From an uncultured Pelagibacteraceae bacterium (GTDB lineage: Bacteria; Pseudomonadota; Alphaproteobacteria; Pelagibacterales; Pelagibacteraceae), in assembly GCA_902533585.1 (NCBI GenBank), contig CACAMG010000001.1, forward strand, positions 5,437-69,436: a stretch of 64,000 bases of DNA, given 5' to 3'. The notes under the pieces are model-generated. The model made no database searches. It was not told where the DNA came from and saw only the letters and a program-made list of their open reading frames with translations. Shown here in pieces: positions 1 through 9,803 of the stretch. The position numbers and the translations under genes were made by a program. Numbering within the stretch: the stretch's first letter is position 1; each line of letters starts with the position of its first letter.

Positions 1-389
1 TTGACCTTGGAAATATGTGGTTTGGTGCACAATTATATAAAGAAGGGTTATTAAGCAATCCTCCAATGTTTCAAATGTGTCTAGGTATTCCCTGGGGAGC
101 TCCAGCAACAACTTTAGCAATGCAAGCAATGAAAGATATAATGCCAAAAGAGGCCATTTGGTCAGGTTTTGCAATTTCTAAAAATGAAATGCCTTTTGTT
201 GCTAAGACTGTAGAAATGGGAGGAAATCCTAGAGTTGGACTTGAAGATAATTTATATTTATCAAAAGGAAAATTGGCAACAAATCCACAATTAGTTGAAA
301 AAGCAATTAACATTGTGAATGATCTTGGTTTTGAAATAATGACACCAGAGGAAACAAGAAAAAAACTTAAACTTGTTAAACACAAGTAA
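1..389 (+). CDS. beta-keto acid cleavage enzyme (BKACE/DUF849, 3-keto-5-aminohexanoate cleavage family), 5'-truncated by window edge
   Basis: Frame is open upstream of position 15 (..DLGNMW); C-terminal GGNPRVGLEDNLYL..ATNPQLV..TPEETR motif is typical of BKACE. Confidence 0.85.
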   Translation, partial: DLGNMWFGAQLYKEGLLSNPPMFQMCLGIPWGAPATTLAMQAMKDIMPKEAIWSGFAISKNEMPFVAKTVEMGGNPRVGLEDNLYLSKGKLATNPQLVEKAINIVNDLGFEIMTPEETRKKLKLVKHK

Positions 390-410
390 TCTCAAAAATA
401 AAAAATATTG

Positions 411-1436
411 CTAAGATTTTGTTAAAGATTTTTGAAGCTCTGAGTTGGTAATATATCCTTTTACATTTCCTTTTTTATCAACAACTTCACAATTAGCATT
501 TGTACATACTACCTGGGGTAAAAACTCTTCAATAAATTGATCCTCATGAACTTTAATTAAATTATTTTTATCGATCCCATTCGCTTGAGTTGCAGGCTTC
601 ATAATGATTTTTGCCTTAATTACTTTTGCTCTGTTTACATCTTTAACGAAAGCTTCAACATAATCATCAGCTGGATTCATTACAATATCTACCGGGGTTC
701 CAACTTGAACTAGTTTTCCTGCATTTAATATTCCTATATGATCTCCTAATCTAAGTGATTCATCTAAATCATGGGTAATAAATACTATTGTTTTTTTTAG
801 TTCCGATTGAAGGTCTATTAATTGTTTTTGCATATCACTTCTAATTAATGGGTCTAATGCTGAAAAAGCTTCATCCATTAACATGATATCAGTATTGGTG
901 GCCAATGCTCTTGCTAAACCAACTCTTTGCTGCATACCTCCAGATAATTGATTTGGATATTGATTTTCAAAACCAGTTAGACCAACAGATTCTATTTTTT
1001 CCATTGCAATTTTATTTTTTTCATCATCAGATTTGCCTTGCATTTCCAATCCATAGCTAACATTTTGAATTACAGTTTTGTGAGGAAATAACCCAAACCT
1101 TTGAAACACCATGCTCATTTTATGTCTTCTAAAATCAATTAGCTTTTTAGTATCTAGAGACATTACATTTGTACCCTCAACTAAAATTTCACCTTCTGTT
1201 GGGTCAATAAGCCTGTTTAGATGTCTAATCAAAGTTGACTTTCCTGAACCAGATAAACCCATACAAACAAAAGTTTCACCTTCTTCTATTTTAAGAGAAA
1301 CATCATCAAGTCCAACTGTATGTCCAGTTTTTTCTAAGATTTCATCTTTCGTTGCTCCATCTTTAACCATAGGCAGTATAGATTTAGGATTACTGCCAAA
1401 AATTTTATAAACATTATTTATTTCAATCTTAGACAT
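411..1436 (-). CDS. proV: glycine betaine/proline-type ABC transporter ATP-binding subunit (ProV/OpuAA family)
   Basis: Walker A GLSGSGKS, signature LSGGMQQRVGLARAL, MDEAFSALDPLIR, ITHDLDE. Confidence 0.85.
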   Translation of the reverse strand: MSKIEINNVYKIFGSNPKSILPMVKDGATKDEILEKTGHTVGLDDVSLKIEEGETFVCMGLSGSGKSTLIRHLNRLIDPTEGEILVEGTNVMSLDTKKLIDFRRHKMSMVFQRFGLFPHKTVIQNVSYGLEMQGKSDDEKNKIAMEKIESVGLTGFENQYPNQLSGGMQQRVGLARALATNTDIMLMDEAFSALDPLIRSDMQKQLIDLQSELKKTIVFITHDLDESLRLGDHIGILNAGKLVQVGTPVDIVMNPADDYVEAFVKDVNRAKVIKAKIIMKPATQANGIDKNNLIKVHEDQFIEEFLPQVVCTNANCEVVDKKGNVKGYITNSELQKSLTKS

Positions 1437-1523
1437 TCTTTAACCTTTGTAGCAGTTAGAAGTCTTTATTGTAAAGCTTGCAAAATAATGCCTAAGAGTA
1501 TGAACAATTTGTACAACTATAAA

Positions 1524-1551
1524 TTGCATTGCAAATATATTTGAATATAAT
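1524..1551 (+). promoter_or_regulatory. putative sigma70 promoter of the dioxygenase gene
   Basis: TTGCAT (1524-1529), 16-nt spacer, TATAAT (1546-1551), 12 nt before the ATG at 1564. Confidence 0.45.
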
Positions 1552-1563
1552 TACGATCTTCTT

Positions 1564-2688
1564 ATGGCATCAATTCTAAAGCTAGAAAAAAATAGCAGTT
1601 ATTTAAAAATTATTTGGAGTGATGGCGAAGAGAGTAAATTTAATTATTTGTGGTTAAGAGATAATTGCCCAACAGCTCATGACAAAGATTCAAGACACAG
1701 AATGTATAATATTCTCAAAGCTTCTCAAAATATAAATCCAAAAAAATACAATATTAACTCTGATGGAAAACTTGAAATTGAATGGAGCGAAGGAAAACAT
1801 ACGAGCTATTATGATCCAAATTGGCTAAGAGAAAATTGTTATACAATAAAAAATAAAAAAAAATATGTTTCTCCTTATCAATTATGGGACAGCTCACTTG
1901 CAAAAAACATAAACTCAATAAATATAGAACATGACGAAATTTTAAATTCCAAAGAAGGACTGATTAAATGGCTAGAGTTATTGCATTATAAAGGAATAGC
2001 AATAGTTAAAAATGCCCCTATCCAAAAACAATCTGCATTCCCAGTATTAAACAGAATAAGCCACACTAGAGAAACTTTTTTTAAAACACCTTTTGAAGTT
2101 ATAAATGTTCCAAAGCCAAACAATTCAGCTTATACCGCTCATGAGCTTAGGAATCATATGGACTTACCATGGTTTGAAAATCCTCCTGGTTATCAGTTTC
2201 TTCATTGTTTAATTAATTCTACAGAAGGAGGAGATTCTTCGGCAGTAGACGGTTTTGCTGTTGCTGATTATTTAAAAAATAATGAAAAAGAAATTTTTGA
2301 AACCTTGGTGAATGTTCATCTTAAATTTAGAGATAAAGATTATACTCAAGAATTACATAGAAGTTTTTATGCTCCAGCAATAAGTTTAACTAAGGATGGT
2401 GATTACAATGATATAAGATTTAGTGTAGCCACCATGGATGCTTTAGATTGCAATCCTGATATTATGGAAAAAGTTTATAAGGCTCATCACAGATTTGGAA
2501 ATCTGTTACATGATGATAATTTTCAAATTAAATTTCGATTAGAACCAGGGGATATTTTTTCATTTAATAATAGAAGACTTTTACACGGAAGAACTGCTTA
2601 TAATCCAAATTCAGGAAATAGACATTTACAAGGTTATTATATGGATAGAGATGAAATTATAGGTAGGTTGAATTTTTTAAAGAAATAG
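1564..2688 (+). CDS. gamma-butyrobetaine hydroxylase/trimethyllysine dioxygenase-like Fe(II)/2OG dioxygenase (DUF971 + TauD domains)
   Basis: N-terminal WLRDNC GBBH-like domain; HxD (HMD) motif; FNNRRLLHGRTAY; RHLQGYY. Confidence 0.8.
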   Translation: MASILKLEKNSSYLKIIWSDGEESKFNYLWLRDNCPTAHDKDSRHRMYNILKASQNINPKKYNINSDGKLEIEWSEGKHTSYYDPNWLRENCYTIKNKKKYVSPYQLWDSSLAKNINSINIEHDEILNSKEGLIKWLELLHYKGIAIVKNAPIQKQSAFPVLNRISHTRETFFKTPFEVINVPKPNNSAYTAHELRNHMDLPWFENPPGYQFLHCLINSTEGGDSSAVDGFAVADYLKNNEKEIFETLVNVHLKFRDKDYTQELHRSFYAPAISLTKDGDYNDIRFSVATMDALDCNPDIMEKVYKAHHRFGNLLHDDNFQIKFRLEPGDIFSFNNRRLLHGRTAYNPNSGNRHLQGYYMDRDEIIGRLNFLKK

Positions 2689-2689
2689 T

Positions 2690-4120
2690 TTATTTCCAGC
2701 CCGTTATTGTTTTAACTTCAAGGTATTCTTCTAGACCCCATGTTCCACCTTCACGACCATTCCCTGATTGTCTATATCCACCAAAAGGTGTGCCAGAGTC
2801 AGCAGCTTTTCCATTTATATAAACAATTCCTGACCTTAATTCTTTAGCAACTCTTTTTGCTTTTTCTTTATCTTCTGTTTGTAAATAATTTCCAAGTCCA
2901 TACTCTGTATCATTAGTTATAGTTATTGCTTCCTTTTCTGTTTCAAATGGAATTATCGAAAGAACAGGTCCAAAAATTTCTTTTTTTGCTATCTGCATAT
3001 CGTTTGTGACATCAGTAAATATTGTAGGTTTAATAAAATATCCTTTACTTAAACCCTCAGGAAGATCAGGTCCTCCTGCGGCTAATGTTGCGCCTTCATT
3101 AATTCCATTTTTAATTAAATTAATAATTTTTTCGTATTGTACTTTTGAAACCACAGGTCCTATATGATCACCTTTTTTTGAAGCTAAATCTACTTTTATA
3201 TTATTTGCTTCTTCTACAGCTTCTTTTACAGCTCTTTCATAAATTGATTTTTCAACAAGCATTCTTGTAGGTGCATCGCAAGATTGTCCAGAATTACTCA
3301 TTACGTTTCTAATACCATCTCTTACTGCATTAGGATAAGAATCTGCAAAAACAATATTACCGCCTTTACCTCCCAATTCTAAACAAACTCTTTTAACTGT
3401 ATCAGATGCATTTTTTGAGATTAATTTTCCAGCCCTTGTTGAGCCTGTAAAAGAAATCATATCAATATCTGGATGACTAGAAATATCTGTTCCAACTCCA
3501 TTTCCATCACCATTCACTAAATTAAATACTCCGTCAGGAAAACCAGCTTCATCTATCATTTCAGCAAATATCATTGCTGAAATTGGTGCAATCTCTGAAG
3601 GTTTTAGTATCATCGTACAGCCTGTTGCAAGAGCAGGAATAACTTTTAACGCTATTTGATTAATTGGCCAGTTCCATGGAGTAATCAAGCCACACACTCC
3701 AATTGGTTCATAGCTTATTTGGTTATTTGATTTTGACTCAAAATTTTTTTCAAAATTAAAATTTTTTAATCGTAATATAAAATCTTCTAAATGTGATTGA
3801 CCAGAAGAAGCATGTGTAGAAATCGCATAATCAATTGGCGCTCCCATTTCAAGCGACATTGCGTCAGCAATTACATTAAATTTTTTTTTATAAACTTTAA
3901 GTAGTTTTTCTAAAAGTTTTATCCTTTCTTCTTTAGATTTCTCTTTCCAAGAAACGAAAGCATTTTTTGCTGCTTTTACTGCTATATTAGTATCTTCTTT
4001 GCTTCCTAAAGAGATTACAGCAAAAGGTTCTTCATTTGATGGATTTATAACCTCCAAGTCATTTAATTTTGAAGGTTTTATCCATTTTCCATTGATGTAA
4101 AAATTTCGCTTATCTAACAT
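2690..4120 (-). CDS. NAD(P)-dependent aldehyde dehydrogenase
   Basis: ITPWNWP, FTGST, LELGGK, catalytic Cys in GQSC, EIFGPV. Confidence 0.9.
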   Translation of the reverse strand: MLDKRNFYINGKWIKPSKLNDLEVINPSNEEPFAVISLGSKEDTNIAVKAAKNAFVSWKEKSKEERIKLLEKLLKVYKKKFNVIADAMSLEMGAPIDYAISTHASSGQSHLEDFILRLKNFNFEKNFESKSNNQISYEPIGVCGLITPWNWPINQIALKVIPALATGCTMILKPSEIAPISAMIFAEMIDEAGFPDGVFNLVNGDGNGVGTDISSHPDIDMISFTGSTRAGKLISKNASDTVKRVCLELGGKGGNIVFADSYPNAVRDGIRNVMSNSGQSCDAPTRMLVEKSIYERAVKEAVEEANNIKVDLASKKGDHIGPVVSKVQYEKIINLIKNGINEGATLAAGGPDLPEGLSKGYFIKPTIFTDVTNDMQIAKKEIFGPVLSIIPFETEKEAITITNDTEYGLGNYLQTEDKEKAKRVAKELRSGIVYINGKAADSGTPFGGYRQSGNGREGGTWGLEEYLEVKTITGWK

Positions 4121-4130
4121 AATAACTTAA

Positions 4131-5072
4131 TTAAATTTCATATCCTTTTTCTTCTTTTTCACTATCTATCAATTCTTCAGGAAATCCAGCAGCTCTAAAA
4201 TTTATACCAAATTTATCTTCAAGTCTTTTTACTACCATAGATGACCACGCTCTTGATCCATACTTTTTGTTTGCATCTTTAAAAATATCTAACACGAAAG
4301 GTGAAATTTCTAATGGTGTATTTAATTTTTTTGATAATTCATTAAATAATGTCATATCTTTTTCAACTAAATCCATAGTAAAATTTATATTATAAGAGCC
4401 ATTTAATATAACTTGGCTTTCAGTCTCATGTACGAATGAATTTCCTGAAGATGCCAATATCCCTTTAAAAGTTTTGTTTAAATCTAAATTAGATTTTTTT
4501 GCAATAGTCCATGCTTCACCAAGAGCAGCTAAATGAACTGATGCAAGATAATTTGTAATTAGCTTAAGTATTGATGCGGTACCCAGTTCACCTGTATGAA
4601 GTATTTTCCTACCCATTGATTTTAATACAGGTAAAATCTTTTCAAATGTATTTCTATCCCCTCCAACAAATATAGCTATATTTCCAGTTGCTGCTCTATG
4701 GCAACCACCACTAACTGGACAATCTAAGGGAATTCCTCCTTTAATTTTAACTAATTTCCCAAGTCTTTTTACTTCAGATTCACTTGTTGTACTCATTTCA
4801 AGCCAAATTTTATTCTTCGACATACCTTTTAATATTCCACTTTCTGATTCCATTACTTCCGCAGATATTTTTGGCGAAGGCAGACAAGTGATTATTAAGT
4901 CAACTTTTTCAACTAATTCTTTTGAAGATTTTGTGGATTTTGCACCTTTTTTTATGAAATTTTCTGTTAATTTTGCATCTAAATCCTTAACAGTGATATC
5001 AAATTTATTTCTCAGCAAACTATCGGCAAGTTTGCCACCAACATTACCTAATCCAATAAATCCTATTTTCAT
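4131..5072 (-). CDS. beta-hydroxyacid dehydrogenase (3-hydroxyisobutyrate dehydrogenase family)
   Basis: GFIGLGNVG Rossmann motif, DCPVSGG, catalytic Lys in KLITN. Confidence 0.85.
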   Translation of the reverse strand: MKIGFIGLGNVGGKLADSLLRNKFDITVKDLDAKLTENFIKKGAKSTKSSKELVEKVDLIITCLPSPKISAEVMESESGILKGMSKNKIWLEMSTTSESEVKRLGKLVKIKGGIPLDCPVSGGCHRAATGNIAIFVGGDRNTFEKILPVLKSMGRKILHTGELGTASILKLITNYLASVHLAALGEAWTIAKKSNLDLNKTFKGILASSGNSFVHETESQVILNGSYNINFTMDLVEKDMTLFNELSKKLNTPLEISPFVLDIFKDANKKYGSRAWSSMVVKRLEDKFGINFRAAGFPEELIDSEKEEKGYEI

Positions 5073-5130
5073 TTTTTTTATCTAAATATTAAAATTATTT
5101 TTTAAATTATGATATATTTATTTTTTTAAA

Positions 5131-5595
5131 ATGCATTTATTAAAAATTTTTTTATTTGGAATTTACTTGTTTTTTTCATCTATTGCTTATGCTGATTTAA
5201 TAAAACCCAATGTTGATATCCAGCCCTATCAGGTAGTAAAAATACAGCTAATAAGCTTAATGAATAATGATAAGCCTTCAAAAGATAATGGCATAATACA
5301 AACCTGGAAATTTGCTCATCCAAATAATAAGAAAATTACTGGCCCCCTAGAAAGATTTAAAAAAATGTTAAAAGCAGAAGGCTACTCAATGTTAATAAAC
5401 CATTATGAACATACAATTGAGCCAATATATGTATCTGAGAGTGTGGCAACTTTTGAGGTTACAGTACTAGATGATAAAAAAAAATATTATAAGTTTAAAT
5501 GGCAAGTTGAAAAATATCTTGAAGAAGGCCCATTAAGAGACTGCTGGCTAACTACAGCAGTCTCTCAGCCTATAATTTTAGGTTCATCTATTTAA
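5131..5595 (+). CDS. exported DUF4864-like protein
   Basis: Signal-peptide-like N-terminus; VVKIQL..FAHPNN..GPLERFKKM..YSML..CWLT pattern. Confidence 0.55.
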   Translation: MHLLKIFLFGIYLFFSSIAYADLIKPNVDIQPYQVVKIQLISLMNNDKPSKDNGIIQTWKFAHPNNKKITGPLERFKKMLKAEGYSMLINHYEHTIEPIYVSESVATFEVTVLDDKKKYYKFKWQVEKYLEEGPLRDCWLTTAVSQPIILGSSI

Positions 5596-5643
5596 TGTAT
5601 AATTTTGTTTCGTTAATAATAAAAATTTAGTAGAAATCGCTTG

Positions 5644-8076
5644 ATGAAATCTAAAGCAAAAGTAGTTGTTATAGGAGGAGGAGTGGTAGGAGTTAGCGCT
5701 CTGTACCATTTAGCAAAAAAAGGTTTATCAGATGTAGTTCTTGTTGAAAGAAAAGAATTAACTTCGGGTTCTACTTGGCATGCAGCTGGGTTATTGCCAC
5801 TTTTTAATATGAGTTATTCAGTGGGCCAACTTCATAAATATGCAGTAGATCTTTATAAAACTCTAGAAGAAGAAACAGGGAAAAATGTAGGTTTTAGTGT
5901 TGTATCAAATATTAGATTAGCTAGCACAAAAGATAGAATGGATGAATACCACCAGTATGCAGGTGTTGCGCAAACTATAGGTGTAAACGTAAAATTTTTA
6001 AAACCAGAACAAGTAAAAGAAATTTGGCCACTTTGTAATACTGAAGATTTAATTGGTGCAATACAACACCCAGAAGATGGGTATATTCAACCAGCTGATT
6101 TAACTCAAGCATTAGCAACAGGCGCAAGAAATAGGGGTGCAGAAATTTATAGAAACACAACAGTAATTGGAATTAAACAAACGAAAAATGGCTGGGTTGT
6201 AGAAACTGATAAAGGAACTATTGAGTGTGAGCATATCATTTCTTGCTCAGGGAATTTTGCAAGACAGACAGGAAAAATGGTTGGATTAGATATTCCGGTA
6301 ATACCAGTTGAGCACCAGTATATAGTTACCGAACCTCATCCAGAAATACAGAAAAGAAAAAAGGAAGGTCTTCCAGAAATGGGAGTTCTTCGAGATAGTG
6401 ATAGTCGATGGTATATGAGAGAAGAAGCGGGAGGTTTAATATTAGGTCCTTATGAAGATGGCGCTCCTTGTTGTTATGTAGATGGCCCATCAAAAGATTC
6501 AGAATATGAATTATTTCAGGAAGATTTAGAGAGACTTTCCCCTCACATAGAAGGTGCAATGCATCGTGTTCCAGCTTTTGGAGAAGTTGGAGTTAAAAAG
6601 GTTTATAACGGAGCAATTTGCTATACTCCTGATGGTAACCCTATCGTTGGTCCTGCATGGGGCTTAAAAAATTTTTGGATTAATGAAGGACATAGTTTTG
6701 GAATTACCGCAGCAGGTGGAGCGGGTTGGCAGCTTGCAGAATGGATTGTTGATGGAGAACCAACAATTGATATGCTTGGAGTTGAACCAAGAAGATATGG
6801 GGATTATGCAACAAAATCTTATTTAAAAGAAAAAAATGAGGAAGCTTATCGAAATGTATTTATAATTCATTATCCAGATGAGGAAAGAGGTGCAGCTAGA
6901 CCTTTAAGAACCGCACCATGTTATGAGAGATTAAAAAATTTAGGAGCTGTCTTTGGACAAAAATTTGGCTGGGAAAGAGCTAATTTTTTTGCAACAGATG
7001 GCATGGAACAAAAAGATGATTGGTCGTTTAGAAGATCAAAATGGTTTAAAGCAGTTGAAAAAGAGTGCAAAAATGTAAGAGAAAACGTTGGTCTATTAGA
7101 CATGACGGCTTTTGCAAAATGTAGAGTTAGAGGACCCAAAGCGGAAGAATTTTTAGATTATTTGGTTGCTAATAAATTACCAAAAAAAGTTGGAAGAATA
7201 AATTTATGCCATGCACTTAATACAAAAGGAGGTGTCCATTCTGAGTTTACAATTATGAGAGAGTCTGAAGACAGTTTCTATTTAGTATCTGCTGGAGCTT
7301 TTCAAAGATTAGATCATGATTGGATTTTAAAATGGATGCCTAAAGATGGATCAGTTCAATTTGAAAATTTAACAAATAGCATAGGGGTTTTAGTTATATC
7401 AGGTCCTAAAGCAAGAGAATTAATGCAAAGAGTTTCAAAGGATGATTTTTCAAATGAAAACTTTAAATGGTTAAGTTCAAAAAACATAAATGTTGGTAAT
7501 GCGCCAGTTAATGCAATGAGAGTTAATTTTGTAGGCGAACTAGGTTGGGAGCTACATCATCCTATGGAATATCAAAATCATATATTTGATAAATTAATGG
7601 AAGCTGGAAAAGATTTAGGTTTAAAACCGTATGGAATTAGAGCAATGAACAGTTTAAGAGTTGAAAAATCATACAAATTAGTTGGAACTGAATTATCAAT
7701 TGAATATTCACCATATGAGTCTGGCCTAGATAGATTTATTCACCCTAACAAAGGTAGTTTTATTGGTCTCGAAGCCTTGAATAAATGGAGAGAAAAAGGT
7801 TTTAATAATAAGCTAGTCACTCTTGAAGTGCACAATGTAACAGATGCTGATGTCCTTGGAAATAATCCTATTTATCAAAATAATAAAGTTGTAGGTAGAG
7901 CAACAGGTGGAGATTTTGGATTTAGATTAAATAAATCTATAGCTTTAGGAATGGTTAAACCAGAACTTGCGACATCTGGTCAAAAATTAAAAATTGATAT
8001 TTTGGGCAAAATGTATGACGCTACAATTTTAGACGAGAGTCCATATGATCCAGAAAATAAATTGCTAAGAACTTAA
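5644..8076 (+). CDS. dimethylglycine/sarcosine dehydrogenase-like FAD oxidoreductase with GcvT folate domain
   Basis: GGGVVG FAD motif, TSGSTWHAAG, C-terminal GcvT domain (GELGWELH, SLRVEK); followed directly by etfBA and ETF-QO. Confidence 0.85.
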   Translation: MKSKAKVVVIGGGVVGVSALYHLAKKGLSDVVLVERKELTSGSTWHAAGLLPLFNMSYSVGQLHKYAVDLYKTLEEETGKNVGFSVVSNIRLASTKDRMDEYHQYAGVAQTIGVNVKFLKPEQVKEIWPLCNTEDLIGAIQHPEDGYIQPADLTQALATGARNRGAEIYRNTTVIGIKQTKNGWVVETDKGTIECEHIISCSGNFARQTGKMVGLDIPVIPVEHQYIVTEPHPEIQKRKKEGLPEMGVLRDSDSRWYMREEAGGLILGPYEDGAPCCYVDGPSKDSEYELFQEDLERLSPHIEGAMHRVPAFGEVGVKKVYNGAICYTPDGNPIVGPAWGLKNFWINEGHSFGITAAGGAGWQLAEWIVDGEPTIDMLGVEPRRYGDYATKSYLKEKNEEAYRNVFIIHYPDEERGAARPLRTAPCYERLKNLGAVFGQKFGWERANFFATDGMEQKDDWSFRRSKWFKAVEKECKNVRENVGLLDMTAFAKCRVRGPKAEEFLDYLVANKLPKKVGRINLCHALNTKGGVHSEFTIMRESEDSFYLVSAGAFQRLDHDWILKWMPKDGSVQFENLTNSIGVLVISGPKARELMQRVSKDDFSNENFKWLSSKNINVGNAPVNAMRVNFVGELGWELHHPMEYQNHIFDKLMEAGKDLGLKPYGIRAMNSLRVEKSYKLVGTELSIEYSPYESGLDRFIHPNKGSFIGLEALNKWREKGFNNKLVTLEVHNVTDADVLGNNPIYQNNKVVGRATGGDFGFRLNKSIALGMVKPELATSGQKLKIDILGKMYDATILDESPYDPENKLLRT

Positions 8077-8826
8077 ATGAAAATATTAGTCGCAGTTAAA
8101 AGAGTTATTGATTATAACGTCCAAGTTAGAGTTAAAGAAGATGGCACTGGTGTAGTTACTGAAAATGTAAAAATGTCAACAAATCCACCAGATGATAATG
8201 CCATTGAAGAAGCTGTTAAAATAAAAGAGTCTGGAAAGGTCAAAGAAGTAATTGCAGTCACAGTAGGAGAAGATAAAGCTCAAGAAACAGTAAGAAAAGC
8301 TTTAGCTGTTGGAGCGGATAGAGGCATTCATGTTAAGGTTGATGGAATAATTGAGCCATTAGCAGTTTCAAAAATTTTACAGAAAATTGTAGACAAAGAG
8401 AAACCAGATTTAATTTTTATGGGCAAGCAAGCAATAGATGATGATTGTAATCAAACAGGTCAAATGTTAGCAGCACTTTTAAACTATCCACAAGCAACAT
8501 TTGCTTCGAAAGTTGAAGTTAAAGAAAAATCTTTAGAAGTTATACGTGAAGTTGATGAAGGATTAGAAACCATAGAAGTGAATATTCCTGCAATTGTAAC
8601 ATGTGATTTAAGGTTAAATGAACCAAGATATGCATCGTTACCAAATATTATGAAAGCAAAGAAAAAACCATTAGAACAAATTAATGCTTCAGACTTAGGC
8701 GTTGATATAAAACCAAGAATTGAACAAATTAAAGTTGAAGAGCCACCAAAGAGAAAAGCCGGGATTAAAGTTGCTAGCGTAGCTGAGCTAGTCCAAAAAT
8801 TAAAAAATGAGGCAAAAGTAATATAA
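8077..8826 (+). CDS. etfB: electron transfer flavoprotein beta subunit
   Basis: [35 protein letters not shown]. Confidence 0.95.
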   Translation: MKILVAVKRVIDYNVQVRVKEDGTGVVTENVKMSTNPPDDNAIEEAVKIKESGKVKEVIAVTVGEDKAQETVRKALAVGADRGIHVKVDGIIEPLAVSKILQKIVDKEKPDLIFMGKQAIDDDCNQTGQMLAALLNYPQATFASKVEVKEKSLEVIREVDEGLETIEVNIPAIVTCDLRLNEPRYASLPNIMKAKKKPLEQINASDLGVDIKPRIEQIKVEEPPKRKAGIKVASVAELVQKLKNEAKVI

Positions 8827-9779
8827 TGTCAGTACTATTAATAGCAGAACACAACAACAAAGAGATTAAGCCTTTTACTTTAAATACAATTACTGCTGCA
8901 TCTCAAATTGATCAAGATTTACATGTTTTGGTAATTGGCCACTCTTGTGAAGCAGTAGCCAAGTCAATTTCTGAAGTTCCTAATGTAAAAAAAGTAATTC
9001 ACTTAGACGATGCAATTTATGAAAATTATTTAGCTGAAAATTTTACCCCAGCTGTTATAAAAAATTCAGAAAATTATTCTCATATTGTTTGTTCCGCAAA
9101 TACATTTGGTAAAAATTTAATGCCAAGAATTGCAGCATTATTAGACACATCTCAAGTTAGCGATATTATTAAAGTAATTTCAGCTGATACATTTTTAAGA
9201 CCAATTTATGCAGGAAATGCATTTGCAACAGTAAAAAGTACAGATACAAAAAAATGTATAACGATACGACCAACATCTTTTGATCCAGCTCCGTCAAGCG
9301 GAGGTTCTGCTGAGATTGTAAAAGCTGAAAAAGCTGAAGCAACAACCTTAACTAAATTTATAAAAAGAGAAGAAGTTAAATCTGATAGACCAGAACTTGG
9401 AACTGCTAGAGTTGTAATCTCCGGAGGTAGAGGAATGGGTAGTGGAGATAATTTTAAATTAATCACTGCAATTGCAGATAAACTAAATGCTGCAATTGGA
9501 GCATCACGTGCAGCTGTTGATGCAGGATATATAACTAACGATCATCAAGTGGGACAAACAGGAAAAGTTGTTGTGCCAGATTTATATATTGCCGTAGGAA
9601 TTTCAGGTGCTATCCAGCATTTAGCAGGAATGAAAGAAAGTAAAATTATTGTCGCTATTAACAAAGATGGTGAAGCACCAATTTTCAGTGTTGCTGATTA
9701 TGGCTTAGAAGCTGATTTGTTCGAAGCTCTTCCTCAATTTTTAGAAGAATTGAACAAATTAAACACTATACAAAAATAA
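8826..9779 (+). CDS. etfA: electron transfer flavoprotein alpha subunit
   Basis: [34 protein letters not shown]. Confidence 0.95.
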   Translation: MSVLLIAEHNNKEIKPFTLNTITAASQIDQDLHVLVIGHSCEAVAKSISEVPNVKKVIHLDDAIYENYLAENFTPAVIKNSENYSHIVCSANTFGKNLMPRIAALLDTSQVSDIIKVISADTFLRPIYAGNAFATVKSTDTKKCITIRPTSFDPAPSSGGSAEIVKAEKAEATTLTKFIKREEVKSDRPELGTARVVISGGRGMGSGDNFKLITAIADKLNAAIGASRAAVDAGYITNDHQVGQTGKVVVPDLYIAVGISGAIQHLAGMKESKIIVAINKDGEAPIFSVADYGLEADLFEALPQFLEELNKLNTIQK

Positions 9780-9803
9780 CAAATACTGTAAAAAAATAAT
9801 ATT

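Noticed and set aside
5596-5643. Possible glycine riboswitch ahead of the GcvT-domain gene
   Set aside because: Spacer is under 50 nt and lacks the GGAGA..CCGAAG..CTCAGG motifs
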